A stretch of 64,000 nucleotides of DNA from Longimicrobiales bacterium (GTDB lineage Bacteria > Gemmatimonadota > Gemmatimonadetes > Longimicrobiales > Gaopeijiaceae): contig CBDBCF010000001.1 in assembly GCA_965202985.1 (NCBI GenBank), forward strand, positions 2,720,001-2,784,000, written 5' to 3'. The position numbers were made by a program, and so were the translations under genes. Below, in pieces: positions 9,810 through 22,797 of the stretch (position 1 is its first letter; each line of letters starts with the position of its first letter). The notes beneath the pieces are model-generated. The model did not search any database, was not told where the DNA came from, and saw only the letters and a list, made by a program, of their open reading frames with translations.

Positions 9810-11644
9810 GTCGCAAAGCGCCGGAACCACAATTCGGCGACTACCCATTGCCACACGTGAAAGGAGTTGGCGCTTCCCTCCATTCGGAACCGCGCGAACT
9901 CCTTGACGACTTCGGCTTGGCGGAAGAGGCCGCGCCGTCCGAACGCCTCGGAGTTGACGATCTCCTCCACGAAGGGTGCAAGGGGACCTGCCAGCCATTC
10001 CCGTTGCGGCGTGACGACCGCGCGCTTCGGCGTCTTGCGGACGGCGTCGGGCAGCCGGTCGGCCATGGCTTCGCGAAGAAGGTACTTCGTTGCGCCGTCG
10101 CGAACCTTGAATGAGCCGGGAAGCGAAAAGGCGAACTCGACCACGCGGTGGTCCAGGAACGGTACCCGAAGCTCGCGCGCGGAGGCCATCGACAGGCGAT
10201 CGTTCATGCGCAGCACGCGCGGCAGCTTGGTGTGCGCCAAGTCCCTGTGGAGCACGTTGCGCAGGCGGTCCGGGAACGGTTGGTCGAATACCGGGGGAGC
10301 GCCGGCAAGCTCCAGCGCGGCCCGACTTGCGCAACGGGGCCGCAGATGCGTGGTCCCGTCCTGGGAAACGGTTGCCGCCGGACCTCCGTTGGCCAGTCTG
10401 CGAAGTTCGCGTGCAAGTCGTAGCCGCTCGTCGGCCGCGCAGGCGATCTCTCGGCGCAGGCGCCGAAGCCGGCCCGTCTCCAGCAGGTCCCAGAGCCGGT
10501 AGGGCAGGAAGTAGCGGTAGCCCGCCAACAGTTCGTCCACGCCTTGGCCTTCGAGCAGCACGACGACGCCCGCTTCGTTGGCCGCCTCGTGCAGGCGGTG
10601 GTAGGCCAGCGTCGCCACGCCGCCGAACGGGGCTTCCTGGTGCCAGATGGCCGTGTCGGCCAACGCGACGACGTCTTCCGGTTCCAGACGCGCGAAGTGC
10701 CTCTGCCAGTTCGCCTGGACCGGCACTTCTGCGGCAAACTCCGACTCGTCGTACTCCGGATCGCCGAACGTCGTCGTGAACGTGCTTACGCTGCCTCCCG
10801 TCCACTGTCGGTCCGCCGACGCCAGCAGCGATGCCGAGTCCAGCCCGCCGCTCAGATTCAGGCCAACGGGAACGTCGGCGTGGAGGCGGAGCCGCACGGC
10901 GTCGTCGATCAGCTCCACAAGCGTTCTCTGTGCCTCTTGCAGCGAAATGCAGGCCATGTCGCGGGCCAGCGACGGCAGGTTCCAGTACCGCTCGATCTGT
11001 GGATCGGCGGGCCGCGACAGGTCGAGGACCAGAGTATGGCCGGGGGGCAAGCTCCGCACGCCCTCGAAGAACGTTCTCGAACCATGGTCCGAGCATCCGT
11101 GCACCACGTACTCCGACCATGTCTTCATGTCGGGACCCAGCGGCAAGCCCAACGCCGCCATGCCCTTGATCTCCGAGGAGAAATAGAAGGCGCCCCGATG
11201 GACTGCGTAGTGAAAGGGCTTGATGCCCAAGCGATCCCGGCCGCAAACGAGAACACGCCGCCGACGATCCCAAATGGCAAAGGAGAACATGCCGTTGAAG
11301 TGGGCAACCGACTGCGCCCCGTACTCCATGTAGGCCGCTAGCAGAACCTCCGAGTCCGTTGCACTTTGCCAGTTGCGTGCCGGAATCTGCTTCTTGATCT
11401 CGTTGTAGTTGTACAGTTCGCCGTTGAAGACCAGCACGGCGTCCGCGCCGGGAAGCGTCATGGGCTGGCGGCCCGCCTGCGACGTGTCGACGACGCTCAG
11501 CCGATTGTGGCACAGCGTCACGGGATGGAGCGGATCCTTGTAGCTGCTTCGGTCGTCGGGTCCACCGTGAGCCTGCGCGTGCAGGGCGGCTTCGACCTGG
11601 CCGGGGGCGGCGTGTGCGCCGACCAGCCCAGCGAACCTACACAC
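9806..11644 (-). CDS. asnB: Asparagine synthase (glutamine-hydrolyzing) family amidotransferase, glycan-locus type
   Basis: N-terminal MC, HNRLSVVD, FNGELYN, RDRLGIKP, LSGGLDS, GQGVDELLAGY, ELRVPFLDH. Confidence 0.93.
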   Translation of the reverse strand: MCRFAGLVGAHAAPGQVEAALHAQAHGGPDDRSSYKDPLHPVTLCHNRLSVVDTSQAGRQPMTLPGADAVLVFNGELYNYNEIKKQIPARNWQSATDSEVLLAAYMEYGAQSVAHFNGMFSFAIWDRRRRVLVCGRDRLGIKPFHYAVHRGAFYFSSEIKGMAALGLPLGPDMKTWSEYVVHGCSDHGSRTFFEGVRSLPPGHTLVLDLSRPADPQIERYWNLPSLARDMACISLQEAQRTLVELIDDAVRLRLHADVPVGLNLSGGLDSASLLASADRQWTGGSVSTFTTTFGDPEYDESEFAAEVPVQANWQRHFARLEPEDVVALADTAIWHQEAPFGGVATLAYHRLHEAANEAGVVVLLEGQGVDELLAGYRYFLPYRLWDLLETGRLRRLRREIACAADERLRLARELRRLANGGPAATVSQDGTTHLRPRCASRAALELAGAPPVFDQPFPDRLRNVLHRDLAHTKLPRVLRMNDRLSMASARELRVPFLDHRVVEFAFSLPGSFKVRDGATKYLLREAMADRLPDAVRKTPKRAVVTPQREWLAGPLAPFVEEIVNSEAFGRRGLFRQAEVVKEFARFRMEGSANSFHVWQWVVAELWFRRFAT

Positions 11645-11753
11645 CCGATAGAGAGAGCGGGAGAACGGGCATGGGCGGTGGAGCTTGTTGGGTTTGCCGA
11701 GAGGAAGGAATCAAGCTACCATTTGGTCCGGCCCGAAGCAAGGGAGGTGGAAA

Positions 11754-13034
11754 ATGACGACGGCAGGCACCCTCGCTGGTCCAGCGTATGGGCCGGGCTC
11801 ACCTGTCCGTTCGCGCAAGCTGGTTTGTTTCTTGCCTTCGCTGGGCGGCGGCGGAGCCGAGAGGGTCGTGCTGAACGTCGCGACTGCGCTGGCACGCCGG
11901 GGCTATTCCGTCGACTTGGTGCTCGGGAGCCCCAAGGGAGCTTATATGGACCAACTTTCCTGCGAACTGGATGTGGTCTCGTTGAAGTGCCGAAAGATGG
12001 TCTTCGGCGTCTTGCCCCTGGTCCGGTATCTGATGCGCCGGCGTCCCGATGTCCTGATGTCCACTTCGGAAGTTGCGAACATCGTGGCCGTCGTTGCGAC
12101 GCGGTGGGCACCGGGCCGACCTGTCCGCACGGTGCTGCGCCAGGCAAACACGTTCTCGGCGACGCGTTCCGCAGCCACTGGAGCGCGCCGACTGGTGTTC
12201 CCGTTGCTCAAACGGGCGCTGCGACGAGCAGACGCGGTGGTGACGGTGTCGTCGGGCGTGGCAGCGGACCTGACGCGCCACGTGCTGCGAGCGGATCAAG
12301 ACGCGTGGTCCATTCCGAATCCGGCGTTCAGAGAGCAGATCGTCAAGGATGCCGCGTTGCCCGCGACGCACGCTTGGCTCCAAGACGACGTTTCGCCCGT
12401 AGTGCTGGCGGTTGGCCGACTCGTGCCCGAGAAAGACTATCCGACCCTGCTTGCCGCATTCGCTCGGGTCGTGCAGGCTCGGCGGGCCCGGTTGCTGATT
12501 CTCGGGGACGGTCGGGAGCGGGACGGGCTGACGGCCTTGGCCCGACGGTTGCGCATCGCGGAGGTCGTGGACATGCCCGGCTTCCAGCGCAACCCGTACG
12601 CGTACATGGCTCGTGCACACGTGTTCGTTCTCTCGTCGCGCTCCGAGGGCATGCCCAACGTTCTTGTCGAAGCGATGGCGTGCGGGACGCCGGTGGTGAG
12701 CACGGATTGTCCACACGGTCCGCGCGAAGTTCTGGCCGACGGAAAATGGGGCAAACTGGTGCCGGTCGGCGATTCCGAGGCCATGGCCGCTGCCATTTTG
12801 CAGACCTTGGACGAAGTCCCGGATCGCGAGTCGCTTGGTGCTCGCGCTCGTTGCTTTTCCTTGGAGCGAGCCGTGGACGCCTACGAACGCGTACTGTTTC
12901 CCGACGCGGCGGAGTTGGCAAAGGTGAACTCGTTGCAACCTCCGCCCGACGACTCCACCAGCCGCTCCACGCGGAAGCCCCGCTCGCGGAAGAAAGACGC
13001 GACTTCGTCGGCGCCGGCGACCTCGAACGGATAG
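11754..13034 (+). CDS. Glycosyltransferase family 4
   Basis: LGGGGAERV, VGRLVPEKDY, SSRSEGMPNVLVEAMACGTPVVSTDC; GGAGG upstream of ATG 11754. Confidence 0.93.
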   Translation: MTTAGTLAGPAYGPGSPVRSRKLVCFLPSLGGGGAERVVLNVATALARRGYSVDLVLGSPKGAYMDQLSCELDVVSLKCRKMVFGVLPLVRYLMRRRPDVLMSTSEVANIVAVVATRWAPGRPVRTVLRQANTFSATRSAATGARRLVFPLLKRALRRADAVVTVSSGVAADLTRHVLRADQDAWSIPNPAFREQIVKDAALPATHAWLQDDVSPVVLAVGRLVPEKDYPTLLAAFARVVQARRARLLILGDGRERDGLTALARRLRIAEVVDMPGFQRNPYAYMARAHVFVLSSRSEGMPNVLVEAMACGTPVVSTDCPHGPREVLADGKWGKLVPVGDSEAMAAAILQTLDEVPDRESLGARARCFSLERAVDAYERVLFPDAAELAKVNSLQPPPDDSTSRSTRKPRSRKKDATSSAPATSNG

Positions 13035-13735
13035 CCGCCGAGCCAGTCGCGCCAGTCCGTGATCACCGACATGCCGCGGCCCTTGTGCCTGTTGCTCTTG
13101 TACTTGGCAACGACGTTCTCGCCCTTCGCGGCCGCCTTCAGCAGGCTAATGCAGAACCTGGCGGCCAAGTACGGGTAGAAGAGGCCGCCCACGGCCGCGC
13201 CGCCGAGGCGCCCGGTGTTGTAGAGCCTCTTGACCTGGGTCCAGAACGCCGACTTGAGCCCCTGATCGTTGTAGATGGAGACGTAGAGGAGCCCGTTGGG
13301 CTTGACCAGGCGTCCGGCGTGGCCCAGCGCCGTCCAGAGATCGCCCGTATGGTGCAGGACGCCAAACGAGTACACCACGTCGAACGTTCCCAGCGAATCC
13401 AGGAAGGCAGGATCGAGAACCGAGCCCTGGGCGACGGTCCAGATGGGGGAATCCGGCCAGTGGCGTTGTCGGAGCGTGTCGGTGCAGAGAACCGCGTCGG
13501 CGTCGTAGTCGAAGGAATGGACGGCAGCGCCCAGGTTTCGGGCGGCCAACGAGAACAGGCCGCTGCCCGATCCCAAGTCCAGGAAGCTCTTGTCCTTCAG
13601 CTCGACGGCGGGGAATGCTTCCAGGAGGTGGCGTTCGGCCATGGCGATCTGTTCGACCGTCAGGCCCTTCAGAAACCGCGCCCAGTTCTTGCCGAACGGA
13701 AAGCGCGTCTCGGCGTCGGCGTCGCGCGACGGCAC
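12881..13735 (-). CDS. Class I SAM-dependent methyltransferase (UbiG-like, glycan-associated type)
   Basis: RFPFGKNW, FLDLGSGSGLFSLAA, FDVVYSFGVLHHTG, DWLGGYPFE; GTG 13735 just downstream of the purF stop. Confidence 0.9.
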   Translation of the reverse strand: MPSRDADAETRFPFGKNWARFLKGLTVEQIAMAERHLLEAFPAVELKDKSFLDLGSGSGLFSLAARNLGAAVHSFDYDADAVLCTDTLRQRHWPDSPIWTVAQGSVLDPAFLDSLGTFDVVYSFGVLHHTGDLWTALGHAGRLVKPNGLLYVSIYNDQGLKSAFWTQVKRLYNTGRLGGAAVGGLFYPYLAARFCISLLKAAAKGENVVAKYKSNRHKGRGMSVITDWRDWLGGYPFEVAGADEVASFFRERGFRVERLVESSGGGCNEFTFANSAASGNSTRS

Positions 13736-13740
13736 TCGGA

Positions 13741-15119
13741 TCAGCCCCTCTTGGCTGCTTCCAGGTCCACCAGCGGGGCGGAGTACTTTCCCGAGAAGCA
13801 CGCGTTGCAGAAGGGGCCGCCCTGAGACACGGCCTGGACCATGCCCTCCAGGGAGAGGTAGCCCATGGAGTCCACCCCCAGTTCGACGGCGATCTCGTCG
13901 ACCGACAGGCGGGCGCCGACGAGCTCGTCGCGAGAAGGCATGTCGATTCCGTAGAAGCACGGAAAGCGGACCGGCGGACTGCCGATGCGCAAGTGCACTT
14001 CACGGGCGCCGGCGGCTCGGACGAACTTGACCAAGCTGCGGGATGTTGTGCCGCGCACGAGCGAGTCGTCCACCACGACGATCCGCTGGCCGGCCAGGAC
14101 CTCGCGCACCGGGTTGTACTTGATGCGCGCGCCGAAGTCGCGGTCCGCCTGGGACGGGCGGATGAAGGTGCGTCCGACGTAGTGGTTTCGGAGCAGGCCC
14201 AGCTCGTAGGGGATGCCGCTCTGCTCGCTGTAGCCCAGGGCGGCGGAGTTGGCGCTGTCGGGCACAGCGACCACGCAGTCCGCGTCCGCCGGGTGCTCCA
14301 GGGCAAGGGCGCGCCCGAACGCCCGCCGGGCTCGGTCCACGCTGATGCCCCACAGGTTGGAGTCGGGGCGCGCGAAGTACACGAGCTCGAAGATGCACGG
14401 CGCCGGTTCTTCTCGGTGCAGGCCCGGCAGGCTGTCCACCTTGCCGTCGCGCACGCGCACCAGCTCGCCGGCCTCCAGGTCGCGCACGAACTCCGCGTCC
14501 ATGATGTCCAGCGCGCAGGTCTCGCTTGCCACCACGTGCCCGCCCTCCGGCAGGGCGCCCAGCACCAAGGGCCGAAAGCCCCGGGGGTCGCGCACGGCGT
14601 ACAGGGTGTCGCCCACGGTGACCACCAGGGAGTATGCGCCTTCCAGGAAGCTCAGGGCGTCGCGGAGCTGGGATTCCACCGACGAGTGACGGGAGCGCGC
14701 GATCAGGTGGACCACCACCTCCGAGTCCGACGAACTCTGGAAGATGGCGCCCTCGTCGACCAGCCGGCGCTTGAGGAAGTGCGCGTTGGTCAAGTTGCCG
14801 TTGTGCACGATCGCCAGGTCGCCCTCCGCGTACCGGACGACGATCGGCTGGGCGTTGACGCGCTGTCCGCCGCCGGCCGTGGAGTAGCGCACGTGGCCCA
14901 AGGCGGTGCGGCCCGCCAGCGATTCGATTCGCGCGGCGTCGAATGCGTCCGACACCAGCCCCAGCTCCTTGTGCAGGCGAGCCCTTCCGCCGTCCACCGC
15001 GCAGATGCCGGCCGCCTCCTGGCCTCGGTGCTGCAGGGCGTACAACCCCAGGAAGGCGAGTTCGGAGGCGTTGTCGGCGCCGCTCACGCCCACGATTCCG
15101 CACTCCTCGCGGGGGCCGC

Positions 15120-15123
<4 letters not shown>
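13741..15123 (-). CDS. purF: Amidophosphoribosyltransferase
   Basis: [51 protein letters not shown]. Confidence 0.98.
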
Positions 15124-17599
<2,476 letters not shown>

Positions 17600-17603
<4 letters not shown>

Positions 17604-18319
17604 GACGCGGCCGGGGCGGCAGGCTGGCCGGTGCTTCGCGCGGCGTCGAGCAGCGCTTGGAACAGGGGCAGGCCGTCGCTCGATCCCAGCAGGGGTTCGG
17701 TGGCGCGGTCCGGGTGGGGCATCATGCCCAGGACGTTGCCGCGGGCGTTGCATATGCCGGCGACATGACTTTGCGAGCCGTTGGGGTTGGCCGCCTCGGT
17801 GGCTTGCCCGTGGGCGTCGCAATAGCGGAACAGGACGCGCCCCGCCGCTTCCAGGGCGGCCAGCGTGTCGGGGTCGGCGTAGTAGTTGCCGTCGGCGTGC
17901 GAGAGCGGCATGCGGAGCACCTGTCCCGCTTGGTAGCGGCCCGTGAAGGGGGTGTCGGAGCGCTCCACGCGCACGCGGCACTCGTGGGACTGGAAGCGAA
18001 GGGACTCGTTCCGCAGCAGGGCGCCGGGGAGCAGGCCGGCTTCGCACAGGACCTGAAAGCCGTTGCAGATGCCCACCACGAGGCCTCCCGCTTCGGCGAA
18101 CGCCGTCACCGCCTCCATGACGGGGCTGAAGCGGGCGATCGCTCCGGGGCGCAGGTAGTCGCCGTGCGCGAACCCGCCCGGCAGCACCACGGCGTCCGCG
18201 CCTTCCAGCGAGCTGTCTCGGTGCCAGACGGCGCCGGCCTTGCCGCCCGCCGTCTCCACCGCTTGCACGCAATCCTGATCGCAGTTGGACCCCGGAAAGG
18301 TCACGACCGCAACCGTCAC
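17600..18319 (-). CDS. purQ: Phosphoribosylformylglycinamidine synthase subunit PurQ
   Basis: [33 protein letters not shown]. Confidence 0.97.
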
Positions 18320-18648
18320 GGGTCTGGTTTCCCAATGTCGCGGTCCAGTTCCGTGGCGTCGCTGTCGGGTTTCCCGACTCCGCGGTCGCGCTCCTTGACC
18401 GGCGTGGCCCGGACCCTAAAGTGCTCGGTCACCGGGTTGGCCAGCAGCTTGCGGCACATGCCGTCCGCCTGGGACTCCGCCTCTTCGGCCGACTCGGCTT
18501 CCACCTCCAGATGGATCGCCTTGCCCACCCGCACATGAGCCACGGAACCGTAGCCCAGCGAGGACAGGGCGTGGTGAACGGCCTTGCCTTGGGGGTCCAG
18601 CAGGCCGGGCCGGGGCACGACCAGCACCTGCACGTCGAATCGGCTCAA
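18316..18648 (-). CDS. purS: Phosphoribosylformylglycinamidine synthase subunit PurS
   Basis: [29 protein letters not shown] 18648 overlaps the pssA stop. Confidence 0.93.
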   Translation of the reverse strand: MSRFDVQVLVVPRPGLLDPQGKAVHHALSSLGYGSVAHVRVGKAIHLEVEAESAEEAESQADGMCRKLLANPVTEHFRVRATPVKERDRGVGKPDSDATELDRDIGKPDP

Positions 18649-19661
18649 GGAACGGGCTCCTCTCGGTCTTCGCGGGAGGCCGACCAGTCGCTGCCGGCGC
18701 CGCCGCCGGGGGTCAACTCCGGCGTCAAGTCGTCGTAGTCCACTTCGCGGGGCTCCAAGGCGTCGGGGTCCTCGTCCTCGTCCAAGAGCGGGTCGCGCTC
18801 CGGCAGTCGGTCCAGCAGGCCCATGAACGCGGACCGCATCAGTCCCCAAGCCGTGTACGCCGTCAAAGTGGGGAAGAACCAGTAGCGCGGGAACGCCACG
18901 GCCGTCACGGCGCCGACGGCCATGAGGCCCGTGACCACCCGGCCCCCGGGAGTGCGGAGCGCGATGCGCGGAACCTTGGCGTAGGGCACGTGGCTCAGCA
19001 TCAGAACCGACACGAGCACCGTCGCGATAACCATGATCCGGGGCCAGGGCAGGGTTGCTAGGTGCTGCTGGAAGAAGGCCGTCTGGGAGAACGGGTACTG
19101 TGTGGCCAGAATCATGCCTGCGGTGGGCGAAGGCAAGCCGTGGAAGTGCCGCTTGGCCTCGCCGCCCTGTTCCATGTTGAAGCGCGCCAGCCGGACGACG
19201 ACGGCGGTCACGTAGACGAAGCCGATCAGCCAGCCCCAGTCCGAGTCGCGGAAGTGCAGGGTGATCATGATCACCGCGGGCGCCACGCCGAAGGAGATCG
19301 CGTCGGTCAGCGAGTCCAGTTCGGCGCCGAACGCCGAGCCCGTGCGCGTGAAGCGGGCGACCCGGCCGTCCAGCAGGTCCAGCACCGCCGCGAAGACCAC
19401 GAACCATCCGGCCCAGGCGAAGTCGCCCCGGACCGCGGCCACGACGGCGTACAGGCCGAAGAAGAGCGCGCCCAGCGTGAACGCCGACGGCAGAATGATG
19501 ACGCCCCGTTGCAGGGTGCGTCGGGACTCCCGGTGCGTGCGTCGGGACTCGCGATGGGGGCGGCGCAATGGCTGGAGGGGGCGCGACCGGGACGCCCGGG
19601 GTCCGTTCTCCCGAAGTCGTTGCCCGCGGAGCCGCTGTACGCGGAGTCGGTGCGGCGTCAC
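18645..19661 (-). CDS. pssA: CDP-diacylglycerol--serine O-phosphatidyltransferase (start uncertain)
   Basis: DLLDGRVAR....SAFGAELDSLTDAISFGVAP CDP-alcohol phosphotransferase motif, RLARFN, FHGLPSP. Confidence 0.92.
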   Translation of the reverse strand: MTPHRLRVQRLRGQRLRENGPRASRSRPLQPLRRPHRESRRTHRESRRTLQRGVIILPSAFTLGALFFGLYAVVAAVRGDFAWAGWFVVFAAVLDLLDGRVARFTRTGSAFGAELDSLTDAISFGVAPAVIMITLHFRDSDWGWLIGFVYVTAVVVRLARFNMEQGGEAKRHFHGLPSPTAGMILATQYPFSQTAFFQQHLATLPWPRIMVIATVLVSVLMLSHVPYAKVPRIALRTPGGRVVTGLMAVGAVTAVAFPRYWFFPTLTAYTAWGLMRSAFMGLLDRLPERDPLLDEDEDPDALEPREVDYDDLTPELTPGGGAGSDWSASREDREEPVP

Positions 19662-20407
19662 GGGGCGCTTCCTGGAGCGGATTCGCGCGACGGGGGGACC
19701 TGGGCCACCTCGGTGACGCCGCCTCGCACGCGGTCGCCGGGCCGCACGGTCGTGGGCCAGTCGGGCGGCAGGAACAGCTCCACGCGCGATCCGAAGCGGA
19801 TCAGGCCGATGCGGTCTCCCTTGGCCAGCTGGTCGCCTTCGCGGGGGTAGGTCGCGATTCGGCGGGCCACGAGCCCGGCGATCTGGCGCACCAGGACGGG
19901 GCCCGCCGGCGTCGAGACGCCCAGCGACGCGCGCTCGTTCTCTTGGCCCGCGCTCTCCTTCCAGGCTGCCGCGTAGCCGCCGGGGTGGTAGGCGTAGAGG
20001 GCGACCTTGCCGTCCAGGGGGGCGCGCTGCACGTGCACGTCGAAGATGCTGAGGAAGATCGCGATGCGGGTGGCCGGGCCACCCATGAAGTCTTCGTCGT
20101 TCGCGGGCCCCACGCTCACGACCTTGCCGTCCGCCGGCGACACGACCATGTGGGCGGCTTCGGGGACCGCTCGCTCCGGGTCGCGGAAGAACCAGGCCAC
20201 GAAGACCGCAAGGGCGGCCGCGCAAGCCGTCAAGGCCCAGCGCGCGATCGCGGCGCCGTCCGCGGCCGTGCTGCCCGCGTTCCCCGCGCCTGCGCCGCCT
20301 TTGCCGCCCCCGCCGGTTCCCGCTGCCGCCCATGCGATTGCAGCGACGAGCACGACCAACCCGGCGACCGCGAACGGGACGCCCTCCTTGGCCAGGGGGA
20401 AGCTCAC
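19658..20407 (-). CDS. psd: Phosphatidylserine decarboxylase proenzyme
   Basis: FFRDPER, SPADGKV, IFLSIFDVHVQRAP, RQIAGLVARRI, IRFGSRV (self-cleavage GS). Confidence 0.95.
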   Translation of the reverse strand: MSFPLAKEGVPFAVAGLVVLVAAIAWAAAGTGGGGKGGAGAGNAGSTAADGAAIARWALTACAAALAVFVAWFFRDPERAVPEAAHMVVSPADGKVVSVGPANDEDFMGGPATRIAIFLSIFDVHVQRAPLDGKVALYAYHPGGYAAAWKESAGQENERASLGVSTPAGPVLVRQIAGLVARRIATYPREGDQLAKGDRIGLIRFGSRVELFLPPDWPTTVRPGDRVRGGVTEVAQVPPSRESAPGSAP

Positions 20408-21336
20408 GCCGACGCCGGGACCTTGGGTTGCCCGGTGGCGGCGCCCGCCAGCCGCCGGAACACGTCCCGGTAGCGCTCGGCGGCGGCGTCGGTGGCGGCG
20501 GTGGGCAAGGGCGGGGGCGGGGCTTGGCGGTCCCAGTTGGGCAGGGCGGCCAAGTAGTCGCGGATCGGCTGCTTGTCCATGGACGGTTGGGACCGCCCGG
20601 GCGCGTAGCGGTCCGCCGGCCAGAAGCGGGACGAGTCGGGCGTCAGCACCTCGTCGATGAGGAGCAGCTCGCCCTCCGCCGTGGCGCCGAACTCGAACTT
20701 GGTGTCGGCCACGATGATGCCGGCGGCGGCGGCGGCATCCCGCCCGCGCTCGAACAGGGACAAGGAGCGCTCCCGGAGCTGGTTCGCCAGGGTCGTCCCC
20801 AGCAGCTGGGCCACGCGGCCGAAGGCGATGTTCTCGTCGTGACCCTCGCGTGCCTTGGTTGCCGGCGAGAAGAGGGGGCGGGGCAGGGGGCCGCTCTCCT
20901 CGAGCCCCGGCGGCAGCGGTTCGCCGGCCAAGGTCCCCGATTCGCTGTATTCGCGCCAAGCCGAGCCCGACAGGTGGCCCCGCACCACGCATTCCACCGG
21001 GACGGGGCGCGTGCGGCGGGCAAGGGTGGCTCGGCCTTCCCATTGGTTGCGGCAGTCGGCCAGGGCGGGGGCGGCCCGCAAGATGTCGTCTGCCTCCACC
21101 GACAGCAGGTGGTGGGGTTCGTCCCGAAAGTGGGTCGCCAGCCACCAAGCCGTCATCCCGGTCAGCACGCGGCCCTTGCCCGGCACCGGTTCGTCCATGA
21201 CCACGTCGAAGGCGCTGACGCGGTCGGTGGCCACCAGCAGCAGCCGGTCTCCCGGCGCCTCGTACACGTCCCGCACCTTGCCCCGGTGGAGCAGGGGCAG
21301 GGGCAGGCGGGTCTTGACCACCGCGTCCGTCGTCAC
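20404..21336 (-). CDS. purC: SAICAR synthase
   Basis: GKVRDVY, TDRVSAFD, ECVVRG, ADTKFEFG, DEVLTPDSSRFW. Confidence 0.98.
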   Translation of the reverse strand: MTTDAVVKTRLPLPLLHRGKVRDVYEAPGDRLLLVATDRVSAFDVVMDEPVPGKGRVLTGMTAWWLATHFRDEPHHLLSVEADDILRAAPALADCRNQWEGRATLARRTRPVPVECVVRGHLSGSAWREYSESGTLAGEPLPPGLEESGPLPRPLFSPATKAREGHDENIAFGRVAQLLGTTLANQLRERSLSLFERGRDAAAAAGIIVADTKFEFGATAEGELLLIDEVLTPDSSRFWPADRYAPGRSQPSMDKQPIRDYLAALPNWDRQAPPPPLPTAATDAAAERYRDVFRRLAGAATGQPKVPASA

Positions 21337-22793
21337 ACCCTTGGCCCGTCGTCGTCGCCGCCGGCCTCGTGCTTGGCCAGGATCGGCGCCACGTGCTCCT
21401 CCAGGAAGGCGTCCACCTGCTCCGGCGCGCGGCCCACGAGCTTCTCGGGACGGGCGTGCTCCCGGAGCGCCTCCGCGGTCGCGTCAATAGCCGGATCGGC
21501 CGCCACCTGGGCGAAGAGCCCGTCGTCCTCTCCCTCGGCGGCGCGGCGCGCGGCGTCCAGGGCGTGTCGCCGAATCCGCTCGTGAAGGTCCTGACGGTCG
21601 CCCCCGGCGGCGGACGCCTCCATCAGCACTGACTCCATCGCCATGAACGGCAGGTGGGCGGCCAAGTTGGCGGCCACGACCCGGCGATTGACCCGAAGCC
21701 CCCCGGCCACGTTGGCCGCCAGCACGAGGATCGCGTCCACGGCCATGTACGCGTCGGGAACGGCCAAGCGCTTGGCCGCCGAGTCGTCCAGCGTCCGTTC
21801 CAGCCATTGCGTGGCCGCCGTGTGTAGCGGGCTGGCGGCCAGGGCGGACACGTGACGCGCCAGCGCGCAGATCCGCTCCGAGCGCATGGGGTTCCGCTTG
21901 TACGGCATCGCCGACGAACCGATCTGCTCCTCCTCGAAGGGCTCCTCCACCTCCCGAAGGTGGGACAGCAGGCGCACGTCGTGGGCCATCTTCGACGCCG
22001 AAGCCGCCACCCCCGCCAAGCACGACAGGAAGGCGTGGTCGATCTTGCGGGGGTAGGTCTGGCCGGTGACCGGGTAGGCGGCGTCGAAGCCCATGCGCCG
22101 GCAGACGTGCCGCTCCAGCCGGTCCACCTTGGCGGGATCGCCTCCCAGCAGCTGAAGGAACGACGCCTGCGTGCCCGTCGTTCCCCGCACGCCACGCAGC
22201 TTGAGCGCGCGCAACCGGTGGTCGATCTCCTCCAGGTCCAGCAGGAAGTCCTGCGCCCACAGGCAGGCGCGCTTGCCGACGGTCGTGGGCTGGGCGGGCT
22301 GGAAGTGCGTGTAAGCCAAAGCGGGCACGTCCCGGTGCTCCCGGGCCAAGCGGGCCAGGGCGGCCAAGGCGGCCACCACGCGCTCCCGGACCAAGGTCAT
22401 CGCCTCGCGGTGCTGGATCAGGTCCGTGTTGTCGCCCACGAACGCGCTTGTGGCGCCCAAGTGCAGCACGCCTCGGGCCGCCGGCGCCGCGTCGCCGAAC
22501 AGGTGGACGTGGGCCATGACATCGTGGCGGAATCGGCGCTCGTACCGCGCTGCCGCATCCAGGTCGATGTCGTGCAGCCGCTCGCGCATCTGGTCGAGGG
22601 CGGCTTGCGGAACCGGAAGCCCCGCCTCGCGCTGGGCCTCGGCCAGAGCCAGCCACAGCCGCCGCCACGTCCCGAACCGAAACGCCGGCGCGAAGACGCG
22701 CTCCATCTCCGGCGACGCGTACCGAAGCGACAGCGGGTGCTGGTACTCGACCCCCGCCTGGGCGGCCGCCCCCGAACCGCTCCCTGCGCTCAC
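21333..22793 (-). CDS. purB: Adenylosuccinate lyase
   Basis: RHDVMAH, HLGATS, THFQPAQPTTVGKR, GSSAMPYKRNPMRSE, WLERTLDDSA. Confidence 0.97.
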   Translation of the reverse strand: MSAGSGSGAAAQAGVEYQHPLSLRYASPEMERVFAPAFRFGTWRRLWLALAEAQREAGLPVPQAALDQMRERLHDIDLDAAARYERRFRHDVMAHVHLFGDAAPAARGVLHLGATSAFVGDNTDLIQHREAMTLVRERVVAALAALARLAREHRDVPALAYTHFQPAQPTTVGKRACLWAQDFLLDLEEIDHRLRALKLRGVRGTTGTQASFLQLLGGDPAKVDRLERHVCRRMGFDAAYPVTGQTYPRKIDHAFLSCLAGVAASASKMAHDVRLLSHLREVEEPFEEEQIGSSAMPYKRNPMRSERICALARHVSALAASPLHTAATQWLERTLDDSAAKRLAVPDAYMAVDAILVLAANVAGGLRVNRRVVAANLAAHLPFMAMESVLMEASAAGGDRQDLHERIRRHALDAARRAAEGEDDGLFAQVAADPAIDATAEALREHARPEKLVGRAPEQVDAFLEEHVAPILAKHEAGGDDDGPRV

Positions 22794-22797
22794 GGCA

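Noticed and set aside
18645..20407. psd-pssA embedded among pur genes
   Set aside because: Ordinary housekeeping genes with host-like composition; probably a lineage-typical gene order, not a novel system.
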